64,000 bases of DNA from the human T2T-CHM13v2.0 reference genome, Homo sapiens (GCF_009914755.1 NC_060932.1); one strand, 5' to 3'. Positions 1-13,210 are shown, numbered from the stretch's first letter. Notes: a model not told the origin generated them from the sequence alone. Numbers and translations: made by a program.

Positions 1-328
1 GGAAGAAGGATGACAGAGGATAACAGGTGTGGGGATCAGGGGAGTCTGGAATCACGGGATCTGAGGAATAAGGTCCTCCAGGTAGGAGAGGATAATGAAG
101 CTGAGCGCTCTAAATCCAACAGGAAGGGGCCTCCCCAGTGTCCACTGGACCTGGCAACCAGGGGGTGGCGCCGGTGACCTACCAAGAAGAGGTTCAGCAG
201 CATGAGAAACACAAAAACCAGGCTTCAGCAAGTTGAGGAGAAAAGACGAGGAGCACAAGCTGGGCTTTGGGTCATGTTCCTTTTTCCAAAATGTGGCATC
301 AAAAAAATCTTTCTCAAAAGGTATATTG

Positions 329-626
<298 letters not shown>

Positions 627-2941
627 GATAAAGATTAAAAAGACGTACATTGAAGATTTACAAATTGAGTTGAGAGAAAATGAGATTGAATGTGTTAAGG
701 CTGAAATTCTTTAAGTCCTTATTTTTATGTCAAGAAAGCAGTTAAGTTGTCACCACCATAGTATGAGTATGGGTGACAGAGTGAGACCCTGTCTCTTAAA
801 AATAAAAAGCAGGTAAAATACACATTTTCATAGTTTGAGACTTTGCTGTTTTGGTTCTTTAAACAGAAAGAAAGAGAGTAGAAGAGGACAGGGAATATAT
901 CTCACCCGTGAAACTGGGTTCCGAAAAACCTGATTAGAAGACATCTAAAAACCTCTAACTACATTAAAGTGATCACATTTCCCATCAGCACCAAGGAAGG
1001 GACCTAGAGGAATGTTTGAAAGCAGATGGGAAGCTGGTGATGAGGTAATGTTCAAGGTCATGACATTGGCAACTGACTGCAATGTACAGGATGGCTTTTT
1101 GGCAAAAAGAGGAGTTGCTCTGTTGGCTCCTATTCGCAGCAAGCAAGAAGGCTGTCATCAGGTAAGGTTTTTGCAGTCTAATTTGTGCAACCAAGTATGG
1201 TATTAAGGTGGCACATACATCAAAAGGCTCAAAGATCAGATGTGAATCCACCCCTTTGTTGATAAGCCTACCTTGGAGAGGGTGAAGAAGAATAAAGGCA
1301 AAACAGAAAGTGCCAGATGACACTAGTGTGTGAAATCTGGGGTCATACATCACTATTTCAACCTCAGTTTAACAACCTGGCTGATGTAGTAATAGAGATA
1401 CAGACAGAGATAGACATACAGAAGGAGACTAACCACCCGTCTGGTATCAGAAAATTTGGATTCAAATGCAGAAAAAGGCCATGTAATGGTTATGACCTAC
1501 ATGAAGTGGACTAGTTGGTACAAGACCAGTTATACACTGCTGATAGAAGTGGTGTTTTTAGAATGCGGACAACTTTACAACACAGAAGGACCTTCTCAAG
1601 GACATGATTGCATTCTATGTCAAGCAAGGGTAGAAGAGCGGAGTGTGGGAGCATGAATGAACCAGGCGCAGGAGAAGAGGGTCAGGTGTTAGGCCCACCA
1701 CTAACAGTGGAGTTACCCTGGCCAAGTCATTACAACTCCACTGCTTTTGAATCCATATCTGTGAAATGGGAGAGCAAACCTTCCCTGCCTACCTGACGGA
1801 GATTAGATGGGGCACCAAAAACACAAGAGTATGACTGTGCTTTGAGAATCATAAAACCCCATAGGTCTCACTACTGTGGTCTTTAATCAGTTCATTAGCA
1901 TATTAGCACAGGCAACTAGTAGATGCCCTAAGACTGAACACAGCCATAGAAAGAGAGTGTATAAAGTGAAAAGAGAAGCAGGATTGGAACAGCACGCTGG
2001 AATGCAGGGGCAGGCAGCCAAAAGGAGATGGGCTCGGAAGAAGGACAAGAGAGGACAGACAGTAGGTGGGAGGATCAGGGGAGTGTGGAGTCTGGAACTC
2101 GATCTCCTTCCTCTCACACATCATCTCAGCCCTCAGGACTGGCTGGTTTTACCCTCTCTATCTCTCTTAAATGTTCTCTTTTAACATGTTCACATATTTT
2201 TATTCCCCTGTCTAATGTGGTCATCTGAGGCTCCAAGAAACCTCCTGGTGGGTGTCCTCCCAATTTCTCCCATGACAAGAACATTCTCTTCCCTTCTAGA
2301 GAAGCTCTTCTCTTCATGTAGCCCGGGACCTTGTGTAGGAGGCTGCCTGCCTGCAGCATGCAGGCACAGAGTCCCTCCATCACCTTCAAAGGCTACGAAA
2401 AGTCCCACCTACACCACCATGACCCTATTAAACTGTACCTACTTATACATCAACTGCCCCGGACTCACTCCTCTAAATGTAAGTAAAAAGACTTTTAAAA
2501 TGTTGCATGTTAAGCCACTTAGAAACACTAACCATCACTCTCATATGCCTTTATTCCTCAATCGCCATCTAGCGGACTGGGAAATTCTGAAAAAGTGAAA
2601 AAACTCTAACCTAAAAAATAGATTTCAAGTGTCATGAAATTTTTATGAACTATATCTAACCATCAATTTAGTTAAACTTTGGCCTGTAGGTATTTGTTCA
2701 TCTTGATTTTGTAGTTTTCCTGTAGTTTGGGGTCATTTTTTAGGCTCATGAAAATGTGCTCAGGGTTCCGTGGATCAAGTGGCCCTGCCCACTGGCACCA
2801 GAGGGGAGAGGGGCCAGTTCTCGTAGGCCCAGCAGGACTCCGGGCCCTGGGTTCCACGTGCTGGCCAGGACAGCAGGCTCTGTCAGCGCTTCCTCACTTG
2901 ACCTTAAGGGAAATCTTGGACTTCAGATTTGGAGATAGCCA

Positions 2942-3373
2942 TGCATATAGTTTGAATATTTTTCCCTCCAGAACTCATACTGAAATGTAGTATTACTGAG
3001 TATTGAGGGGTATTGAGAGTTTGGGCATTTAAGACGTGACTGAATTATGAGGTCTCTGCCCTCATGAATGGATTTACATATTCAAGGATTGAAGGATTAA
3101 TGGGTTGTCATGGGAGAGGAATTGGTAGCTTTATTAAGACGAGGAAGGGGACATGCACTAGTACACGAACACGCTCAGCCCCCTCACCATGAGATATCCT
3201 GCACTGCCTTGGGACTCTGCAGAGTCCCCACCAGCAAGAAGGCTCTCAAACAGATGCAGCCCCTTCACCCTGAACTTCACAGCCTCCAGAACTGTGAGAA
3301 ATAAGTTCCTTTTCTTTATAAATTACCCAGTTTCAAGTATTACGTTATAAGCAACAGAAAATGGACTAATACA
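2942..3373 (+). mobile_element. MaLR solo LTR (MST family)
   Basis: TG...CA termini, MST-type end ATAAATTACCCAGTTTCAAGTATT...GGACTAATACA, perfect 5-bp TSD AGCCA at 2937-2941 and 3374-3378. Confidence 0.88.
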
Positions 3374-4108
3374 AGCCAATCATCAGTTAATCGTCATTTA
3401 CCACAAGTAAAGAGACGAGGAAAGGAGGAAAGGAAGAAAGAAAAAAGGAAAGAAAAGGGAGAGAGGGGGAAGGGAAGAGAATGGAGAATACCAGTGTCTG
3501 AGTTTGAGGAATGACAATCGCAGGATCAATCAACCATGATCCACTGAAAGATAAGAAAAATAGGCAAAATATGTCATCAACTCACATAAAAATTAAATGC
3601 CAAATCATGCTGCCATTTCTTTCCAAAAAGATCTCTTATCTTTACTCATAAATAAAGTATCGGCTGAGTATCTACTACATGCCAAGCAATATGTCAGGAA
3701 CTGGAGGTGGCTGGCGCCACATTCACAGGCATTCCACTAAATCCTTTTACCTCATTCACCACCTTCTACTGGAGGTCCTGAGTGTTTACATCTTACCTCC
3801 TCCCTCCCAGATGCCAGGACCTTGAAGGCCAGGCCAGCTGGTAACTTTCTTCCCTACAAGGCCTGCCTGATCCAGACTTGCCCACTTCTCTGACCACATT
3901 CCTCTCCATGGTCACCCTCGTTCACTGGACTCGACCCATACTGGCTCCTTTCTCATTTGCATTCTAACTCTCCCTCTATCCGGAACACCCCATCACCCCA
4001 TCAGCAGATTTCCCTCAGGCAGCTGTGTCCTGGACCAAAGTCAAGTCTCCAAACTGCCCTTCTTACCCTAGTCTTGATCCTGCCATTCTCTCTACAACAA
4101 GTGTCTTT

Positions 4109-4444
4109 CTTTTCTTTCCAACTTTTATTTTAGGCTCAAAGGGTATGTGTGCAGATTTGTTACATGGGTAAATTGCATGTCACAGAGGTTTGGTGTACAG
4201 ATAATTTTGTTACCGGGTAATTAGCATAATACCAAACAGGTAGTTTTTCAATCCTCATCCTCCTCCCACCACCCTCAAGCAGGCCCCAGTGTGTACTGTT
4301 CCCTTCTTTGTGTCCATGTGTAGTCAGTAAGTACCCACTTATAAGTGACAATATGTGGTATCACAGTTTTGTGTTATTGCACTAATTCACTTAGGATAAT
4401 GGCCTCCAGCTTGATCCATGTTGCTGCATAGGATATGATCTCAC
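4109..4444 (-). mobile_element. 5'-truncated L1 3' end (L1PB/old L1PA-like)
   Basis: Reverse complement of an L1 3'UTR (TTTTATTTTAGG...GTGCAGATTTGTTACATGGGTAAA). 12-bp TSD ACAAGTGTCTTT at 4097-4108 and 4445-4456. Confidence 0.88.
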
Positions 4445-4504
4445 ACAAGTGTCTTTATCAGCCCCCTGCTCAGAGCCTTCAAAGTCTGCCAGAGCCTGTG
4501 GAGA

Positions 4505-5187
4505 GCCCCAGATGACCTGTCCACACCTCTTTGTAATAGTGAGCAAGGTACATGCAGGTATTGTACAGAAGTGAGGGCAGGGGGGCAGGGGAAGGAGAGC
4601 ATGTACCAAGCCCCAAATAACCTCCTCACACCTCTCTGTGACACTCAGCCAGATACATGCAGTTACTGCACAGAAGAAGAGATGGGGTAATGTGCAAATC
4701 CCCAGATGACCTGCTCACACCTCTCTGTGATAGTCAGCCAGGCACATGCAGTTACTGCACAGAAGAAGAGATGGTGTAATGTACAAATCCCCAGATGACC
4801 TGCCCACACCTCTCGTGACAGTGAGTCAGGCACATGCAGTTACTGCACAGAAGAAGAGATGGGATCATGTACAAATCCCCAGATGACCTGCCCACACCTC
4901 TCTGTGATAGTCAGCCAGACACATGCAGTTACTGCACAGAAGAGATAGGGTAACATACAAATCCCCAGATGACCTGCCCACACCTCTCTGTGACAGTCAG
5001 CCAGGCACATGCAATTTCTGCACAGAAGACATGGGGTCATGTACAAATCCCCAGATGACCTGCCCACACCTCTCTGTGATAGTCAGCCGGGCACATGCAG
5101 TTACTGCACAGAAGAAGAGATGGGGTCATGTACAAATACCCAGATGACCTGCCCACACCTCTCTGTGATAGTCAGCCAGGCACATGC
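4505..5187. repeat. Minisatellite, 86-89-bp unit, about 8 copies (first two degenerate, last truncated)
   Basis: Anchor CCCAGATGACCTG at about 4507, 4701, 4790, 4878, 4964, 5050 and 5139, with a degenerate copy near 4612. Confidence 0.95.
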
Positions 5188-7043
5188 GGGAGATGTGCAG
5201 GAGCTTGCTCCAAACCATCTCACTCCCGCAGCTGCCACTCATGTTTTCAAGCCATTCCTTTTTGACTGAGAACACTCCCCACCTGCTCTCTCTACTTCAC
5301 TAACTTTCAGGACAACTTCAGCACACAGGAGGCTGTTCCTGCCCCTTAGCGGATCTTGCAACTGTTGTATGCAGGCATCCACTTCTGTCCTTCTGATATT
5401 GCTCTATTCTACTGAGTTCCTTGGGTCAGGCTCTGTGTATCTTCCCCTCAATATCCTTGAGAAAGAATCTATTGATTCTAATACTAGATGACACCAAAGT
5501 GAGAAGGGGCTATGGTCATCTAGTGAAACATGCCACTGACTGTGAAAGTCAGCAAAACTTGTCTGAAGGAACAAGTTGATCACGTTGGATTCAATGCTGA
5601 CCCATTCATTCCAAGCAATGCATCAAGCCTTAGATCCCCAAAGCATAAATCGTGGGATGACACTGTATAAATACCCACCCTCCCCACTTAAAACAATGCC
5701 CCCTCTTATGCTTTGAAAGAAGACAATATTATTATGCTTCACAGATTTGAGCCAAACTTGATGAGTTCAACGTTTTCTTTAACCTCAAGTTATTAAAAAT
5801 GTCTACCCATTGACTTGTGGTACTAAGAGTGGGAATGTTGATGAGCTAGGCTCCCATCCATTCTTCACGAGCCTCATCTTGCTCTTTACTCCCCCTACCT
5901 TCACCCTGAAATTTTCCCTAACTCTCCCAGGAAGTTGTAAGTTCTTCTTCTCATCTGTCCCCCAACACCTGGTAAAGCATTAACCCCGCTATGGTGTAAC
6001 TGCCACCTGCCTCTCCAGGTCCGCCCTCCACAGGCTGCAAATCCTTTGAGAGTAGAGTCCACATCAGAACCCGCTCACCTATGCTCCCCCAGCAGCCAGT
6101 GCAGTGCCCAGCACAGGCAGATGCTCAAATATAGTTATGTGGCTTAAAGAAAAAGGGAAGATTGCTTGCCTCTTTCTGTTAATGATTCACGTGTAGTTAG
6201 TCCAGCAAACCCTCCTAACAACAACAACAAAAGAAAAAAACTAAAAATCTGGTTGAAATTTTTTTTTTAAAAAAATTAAATTTAAGAACTTTAAGAGACA
6301 TCATAAAGAAAGTGAAGAAAAGCCAAATAAGGAGAAACTGTATTCCTAACATATAACCAAAAATGACCCACACTTAAAAGAGATAAAGAATTCCTGAAGA
6401 CAAGATAACAACAAAATCACCCAACAGAAAAATGAAAAAATAGTTGAACAGATACTTTACTAGAAGAAAAGGTGGAGGAGGGAGGGAAGGATAGTAAAAG
6501 AAAGTAAAGAAATCCAAACAGCTAAAAAACATATGAAAAGGGGCTCAACCTCATTAACAATCATGAAGATAAAAGTAAAACCACATAGAAGGTCACTGCA
6601 CAGCCACCAGACTGGCAACACGGAATGTTCACACCAAGATATGGACCAAGAGAGGCTAATGCATGCGGCTGCAAACTGGTGCAACCACTTTGGAAAACAG
6701 CTGAGCATCACCTAGCAAAGCTGAAGCTGTGCATCCCATAGCCTGCAAGTCCTCTGTGGGTGTATGTATCTTGGAGAAACTGGTGCACAAGCATACCAGG
6801 GGACACACACGTCATGAGTCCACAGCAACTGAGCTCATAAAAGCAACAAAACAGAAGGAACCCAATTATCCACTGCAATTGAATGAATAATTACATCATG
6901 CTAGGTTCACATGGTGGACTCATGTTTCACACAATGGTATATGTACTGCAAAGAAACGGGTGAACTAGGGCTACATGTGAGAACTGGTCAGTCTGACCAA
7001 TATAACTCTGAGTAAAGAAGTAAACTTCAAAACAAATACACAA

Positions 7044-7326
7044 GGCCAGGTGCAGTGGCTCACACCTGTAATCCCAGCACTTTGGGAGGCTGAGGTGGAG
7101 AAATGGTTAAGCCCAGGAGTCCGAGACCAGCCTGGGCAACATACTGAGACTCTGTCTCTACCAAAAAATTTTTTTTAATTAGCTAGATGTGGTGGCACAC
7201 GTCCTCCTGGTAGTCCCAGCTAGTCCAGGAGCCAAGGTGAGAGGATCCCTGGAGCCCAGGAGTTCAAGAACAGCCTGGGCAACATAGCACGACTCTGTCT
7301 CTACAAAAAGTAATAAATTAAAAAAA
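7044..7326 (+). mobile_element. Old Alu (AluJ/FLAM-like) whose second arm lacks the right-arm-specific segment
   Basis: Both arms end CCCAGGAGT(C/T)C(G/A)AGA(C/A)CAGCCTGGGCAACATA; no GCAGTGAGC...CCACTGCAC block. Confidence 0.85.
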
Positions 7327-7385
7327 TGAGACATGGTTTAGAGATGCATACGTGGTTGGCAAAACTATAATGAAATAAAAAAGTA

Positions 7386-7514
7386 TTAGGCTGATCAAAA
7401 GTAATTACAGTTTTTGCCATTAAAAGTAAGGCCACCCATGTATGCATCTCTAAACAAGGTGCTTTAGCGTGTGTTTTACTGGCAAAAACCACAATTACTT
7501 TTGCACCAACCTAA
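7386..7514. mobile_element. MADE1 (Hsmar1-derived MITE) with about 50 bp of extra internal sequence
   Basis: TIRs TTAGGCTGATCAAAAGTAATTACAGTTTTTGCCA and TGGCAAAAACCACAATTACTTTTGCACCAACCTAA. TA TSD at 7384-7385 and 7515-7516. Confidence 0.9.
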
Positions 7515-9949
7515 TAATTGTCATTGAAGTCGGGACAGTGGTGACTTTTGGGACAGAGAAAGGGTGGGCTCAGGAAGACCCCACAGGACAGTGTCTGGCA
7601 ATGGTCTATTTCTGGGCAGCAGCTATGCAAGTGTTCACTTCATAATTATTCATCACACCACATCTTCATGTCATATGTACTATTCTGGACATACATTCTA
7701 TTTCACAATAAGAAAAGTAAAGAAAGAAAGACAGTAAAAAGAAATGTATGACCAAATGGGTAAATAGGCAACAGAGGCCCCCTTCACAAGGTTTTTATGA
7801 CGACTATAGAGAACTTACATTAAATGCCTAGAATGATACATAGCATGCAACTGGTAGTTATTACTAACATTAATAACACTGACGACGACAACACTTATTG
7901 CAGCACATGCAAAGTAATTTTTAGGTTTATTTTCTTTCATCTGTGTGATAAAAACTGCATTGATACTATAACATATTCCAAAAATGAGGCTATAGTAGGA
8001 ATTTCTCTCTAAAGACCCAGTGACAGGCCTAGAGGAAATATTAACTATAAATCTGGCATTGCCAAGCTTAAATCAAGTTACCCAGGTGGAGAGATGGTCT
8101 TGATCATGCAAGTGCTTCCCGAGGGGTTTTGGTGGTAGGACACCTATAAGATTTACAACAGCACTTCTGCAGCTGAGGAAATGCGACAGGAAGATGAAGT
8201 TTTTTTCATTAATGTCTGGAGTGGCCATCAATCCCCTAAAATGCAAGCTAGCACCAAGTCACCCTGAGAAGTGTGTAGCTGGGCTGGGGGAGGGCGGGAT
8301 CCCAAGTTCTTGAGAACTTTGAATTCAGACTTAATTCAGTTACTTCTGAGACTTAGAAAGCAATTTCATCTAATCAGAGCCCGTAAAGGATGAAGTGATA
8401 GCTTCTTCAGTCTTACCTCTCTTTTATTTCTGGGGGAAAAAGACAACCAGAACAGATGCTTCTGAGAAATATTTCCCACCATGTACAGTGGAGAGGTCTG
8501 TGGCCTGTGACACTTCTCACAACCCCTAATTGGCAGGGGTTTCTGGAGTCAGACCTCAATCTAGCTCTACTGTCTAACAGCTTTGCAACTTTGAGAATGT
8601 TTGCTCCTTTTATTGCAAGGACTGGAGCTAATGTAAACAGAGCAGTCTGCATGGAGATGTTCATCAAATTATTATCATTGACAGTTTACACAAAGAACAG
8701 TGGAAACGCCTCAGTTAAAGGAACAGAACCAACGGTATTTCTTTTAACGTGCATTTGGAGTTTGAGCACTTCCTGTTTAAATTTGCAGCAATAGAGGAAG
8801 ATGAGCTCAAGGAGGGGACCCCAAATTCACAACAGATAATGAGAGCTGTCACTGAGTTTCTACTACATGCCTCAGTCACCCAGGGTAAAGATGGAGATAT
8901 TAACATTCTCATCTTGCAGACAAGGCCCTGCGAAGTTAAGCGGCTTGCTGAAGTTCATGCAGTTAGTCACCAGCCAAACTAGTGTTCTAGCTAAGGTCTG
9001 TTGGATCCTAATGTTCACGGCCCGGTCTCCTTGGCCGCTGGAGCACTGATCACCAAAGCTCACCACAAACAAGCTTCACTTCAGCAATAATCTCTCCTGC
9101 TAACGGATCAGATGGATGATTTCTGCAACTTTTGCTTTTATACTGTATTTTCAGTTTTGCAGATGACTTTGCATTTCAAATCACAGCATCAACAAGATGG
9201 TGCTGTTTTCACAGCAGCAATTCCAGCTCCCAAAGTTCTAGTAGCATAACCTTCTCACCATTTATTCCCCTTCCCTCTCTATTCCCTCCTCAGGACCTGG
9301 CTCTGTACAGAACTGCCCACAGAACTGTCCACAGAACTACCAAACACTGCAGGTCAGAGTTAACACCACTGCAGTAGTGAAGATTTATTATAACTGCATT
9401 TGCATAGATTTCCAAAGAACACACCAGAAACAGATTACATGAACTCCCTCTTACAGGAATCTCCACTGAGGCTTCTTGAACATAACAATAATGAAGTTAG
9501 GTTTGCTGTGCTCAACATAAGAAAACAATACACTTACAGATAGTAAACCTGCTCTTTGCTAAGAGGAGGGCTCCTGGTGGGCTGCAGTGAACCTCTGCTG
9601 TGATCCTTCAGCATCCTCCAGGGCCTGGCTCACTGCATCTGGTGAGTGTGAAGAATCCCATGAGCCTTGGGACCATGCTTGGTTATCCTGGGCTGAGCAC
9701 CTCCTTTCTAAAGCACTTACACATGTTTTATCTTGTATTAACCTAAAGAGGCCTCTGGCAACTGTGAGAGGAGGGAAGAACTGAGAGCTCAAAGCCACAG
9801 AATGGAGTGAAGGACCAGGCATGGCCCAGAAACAGAGGATCTGTTGAACGCTGTTCCCTTGTGGCTCCAAGCCCTTGAAGGAGCTCAGAGTCCTACTTCC
9901 ACCTGGAAGTTGGCCATGATAAATCTATCACAGTAAATTTCTACAGAAC

Positions 9950-10355
9950 CTATTCATTTACTCATTTGTTCATTCAGCAAATATTTATTAAGCACTGCAT
10001 AGGTGCTGGGAGTAAGACAAAAACTAAACAAAGAGCCTCAAGAATTTACATTCTAGCATTATGAACAAGTAAATATATAACCCATTGATGCTGTTAAACA
10101 CATAAAAATAAGGCATTTGAGCCAAGACCTGAAGGAGGTGAGAGAAGCCCCGTGTGGCTACCTGGGAGAAAAGCAGAGTGAGAAGTGGGAAGAGCAGGTG
10201 CAACCAAGCACGGAGATGGAGTGGGACACGCCACGTCTGCAATGGAGGGTGGAGGGTGAGGCGGCACGGGAACCAGAGGCCAGGCAGAGCAGGTGCTTGT
10301 GGCCACCTGTAGGATTTCAGCTTTAACTCTGAGTGTGACCAGAAGCCACTGAAGT
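9950..10355 (-). mobile_element. L2 3' fragment
   Basis: TTCATTTACTCATTTGTTCATTCAGCAAATATTTATTAAGCAC L2 tail in reverse, followed by a purine-rich L2 body. Confidence 0.7.
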
Positions 10356-10969
10356 GACAAATATACATGGGGTTCATTATACTATTTTCTCTACTTCTGG
10401 GTTCTCTGATAACCAGTGTTTCCCAAAGTCTGTTTCACAAAATGTAAGTGCTGGCAGGCACTTTGGGAAAAATAGGAGGAGAGGGACTTCTCCAGCCAAA
10501 TGAGATTGAAAATCACTGCATACTGTGTCTCTACCTAACACCTACTGACATCCCAGGGAACTAATGTTCTAGAGGGCACACCATGGAAAACATTGACTTA
10601 TGGCCTCTTCCAGGGAGGGTCTATCTTGTCTCCTAGGTAAGCTGAGCTTCCTGAGGACAGAAGCCATGTCTTCTGCTACTGCTGGGTTGCACCACAGCCA
10701 GTGGAGCACTGGGCACTAGAGACTCAGAACGGAACACGCGAAAACAAAAGCCTGATTGGCTGACTGCCCGACTCACGTCACTACTCCACGTTAACTGTGC
10801 CCACGAGAAACTTCTTTTCCACTCGGAAGAATTCCATCACATTGAATCTCTGAACTCCAAGGCCCATTATCTACCCAGGGTCACCCAGTAAAGCTTGTGA
10901 CTCTTCCAGAATGTTCTGGATGATGACACAGGCTGACAGACGGAAATGTTTCATAGAAATACGAGTTCA

Positions 10970-11282
10970 GACCGGGTGCAGTGGCTCATATCTGTAATCC
11001 CAGCACTTTGGGAGGCCGAGGCAGGCGGATCACGAGGTCAAGAGATCGAGACCATCCTGGCTAACATGGTGAAACCCCGTTTCTACTAAAAATACAAAAA
11101 ATTAGCCAGGCGTGGGGGCAGGCACCTGTACTCCCAGCTATTCAGGAGGCTGAGGCAGGAGAATGGCGTGAACCTAGGAGGCGGAGCTTGCAGTGAGCCG
11201 AGATCACGCCACTGTATTCCAGCCTGGGCGACAGAGCGAGACTCCGTCTCAGAAAAAAAAAAAAAAAAAAAGAAGAAGAAGA
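10970..11282 (+). mobile_element. Alu, full length (AluY/Sc-like), poly(A) grading into (AAG)n
   Basis: Diagnostic GGATCACGAGGTC and GAATGGCGTGAACC. 15-bp TSD AGAAATACGAGTTCA at 10955-10969 and 11283-11297. Confidence 0.96.
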
Positions 11283-13019
11283 AGAAATACGAGTTCATCC
11301 CCAGAGGCTGCTCAGTGCCTGAGAGTCACTGCAGCAGAGCTGCATGAATGCTCCCCACCCCGCAGCAAGAAGAATACTGATCACTAGGCCCATGGCCAAA
11401 GATCTGCACCCCTATACTGGGCAGTGGGCAACTCAAAAAAAAATGCATATTCATAACAAAGGACCAAGACTGTAAATTACAAGATACATGGTGGTTCTCG
11501 TAAGGAAAATTCCTAAAGAACATTTGCACCTAGAATGCTCACCTTCTTCTCCAGCCTGAGCTCAGTGGGATTGTGAACCACATGTACACAGGACAATGTG
11601 GGAAACTGGTGCACTCCACCTGACCCAAACAAACACACCAGACCCCCGTGACCCACTGACAGTCACAGGAGACAAACAAGGGGAAAGAAACACAGAGGCA
11701 GAAGCCAAGAGATATCAAGAGACAAACGCCCGAAAGGAAGAGGCCCTCGGACCTCTTCAAGGACCTCAGGGAGTGAGGGGGAAGCAGATTTTCATGGGCT
11801 CGTGTTAGCATGTAAAGAAGTTTGTACTAAAGATTTCAAAGTAATGTTGATGTTTACGGGATATCAGGTGAATGAGAACATCATTCCCTTCTCCTTTTCC
11901 CAGTGGCCAAGTATAATTCAGGCAGATTTGGTAGGTCACACTCTGGTCTATAATCCAAGTCTTCCTGAAAGTGGAGAGGCTCAAGGCCGAGTCCACCGGG
12001 CACCACCCATGCTGGGAGATAAAAATCTTTTAATATATTTTTTGCTTTATCGCTTCAGGATTTATAAACCTGAGAACATGAAGCTGGGACTTACATTCCA
12101 TCCAGGGTTGGTCACAACGGAAAAAAAAAAAAAAAAAAAAAACAGCACAGGGTAAAGATCCAGAGAGAAAATGCCAGGCCTTCATATCATTTACGAAGCA
12201 CAAACCTATCTTGGTTTTAAAATAAGGCCAGAGACAAATTAAACAATTTAAGAGAATAAATGTTTTAAAACCGTGGCATACCACAAGTTCAAAAATGGCT
12301 TGTGTTGAGGCAATTATCTCATCACAATAAATAACAGTAAATCAATCCACACTAATTGCCTTTTGTGCAAGCTTAGAAGACTCTTTAGCGTTCTCTGATT
12401 ATTGATTTGTTATCGCTTGTGTCAAAAATGCAGTATTTCCAGAGAATATATTGCACACTCTTAGACAGGATTTTAATTTAACATAAAACAATCCAATTTC
12501 CTTTTTTTTCCAGAGGTGCTTTAAACATCTAAAATAGAATGAAGCTGAAGATGGCACTAAGAGGTTTTTAGCAGAGACTTTGCATTTCAAACCAATTTAA
12601 CAAATGGCCCCTGTTACCACCACCACATGGCCCTGCCACGCATCCCGCTCCCAACCCCACCCGCCACGTTCAAAATTAACAAGAAAACCATGTGTAATCT
12701 CAGATTCCTCATTTTCTTGCAAATTTGGAACTGAAAAGCAAGACAAACACCACCAACAGAAACTCTATGCTTTACTTCTTTCCCTCTGCCCCTTGGTTCA
12801 GTAGTTTCCACTGAACCTGGAAAATGTTCTGGCTGCTAACTTTACACTCCATCAGCATTTTGATTGAAGATTTTGCTCGAGTCTTGATAGCTAAACATAC
12901 AGCTGCAGGCTTAAATAGGCATAGCAGTGAGGGGAAAAAGGACAAAGGGGTAAATAAGTTCCTCTGCTTCACTTGAAAATGAGAAAGCGTGGACTAACGC
13001 GCAGAGAGTAGTTTTCACT

Positions 13020-13210
13020 ACAGAGACATGGATCAAAATCCCAACTCTAGCTCATAGAAATTGTGTTACTCCTGAGCACATTACTAAAATAGACTGTGGG
13101 CCTCAGTGTCCTAATCCGTAAAACGGGGATGTTAATTACCTACCTGGTAGAGTTTTTCAGGGCAAAATAAGGTAATACACAGAAAACACCTGCGTAATGC
13201 CAAGCACATG
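13020..13210 (+). mobile_element. MIR
   Basis: MIR core GGGCCTCAGTGTCCTAATCCGTAAAACGGGGAT...TACCTACCT. Confidence 0.65.

Larger units (their letters stand above)
6280..7740 (+). mobile_element. Old L1M (L1ME-like) 3' fragments interrupted by an Alu and a MADE1
   Basis: L1M motifs such as AAACATATGAAAAGGGGCTCAACCTCATTA and GGTGCAACCACTTTGGAAAAC; A-rich plus strand. Confidence 0.7.

Noticed and set aside
945-1353. Overlapping 64-122 aa ORFs that might be a processed pseudogene
   Set aside because: No recognisable protein family, poly(A) tail or TSD; a tBLASTx search would be needed to revive it.
4505-5187. CRISPR-like look of a regularly spaced repeat with an internal hairpin
   Set aside because: Whole units repeat with no unique spacers, there are no cas genes, and the context is a mammalian intron.
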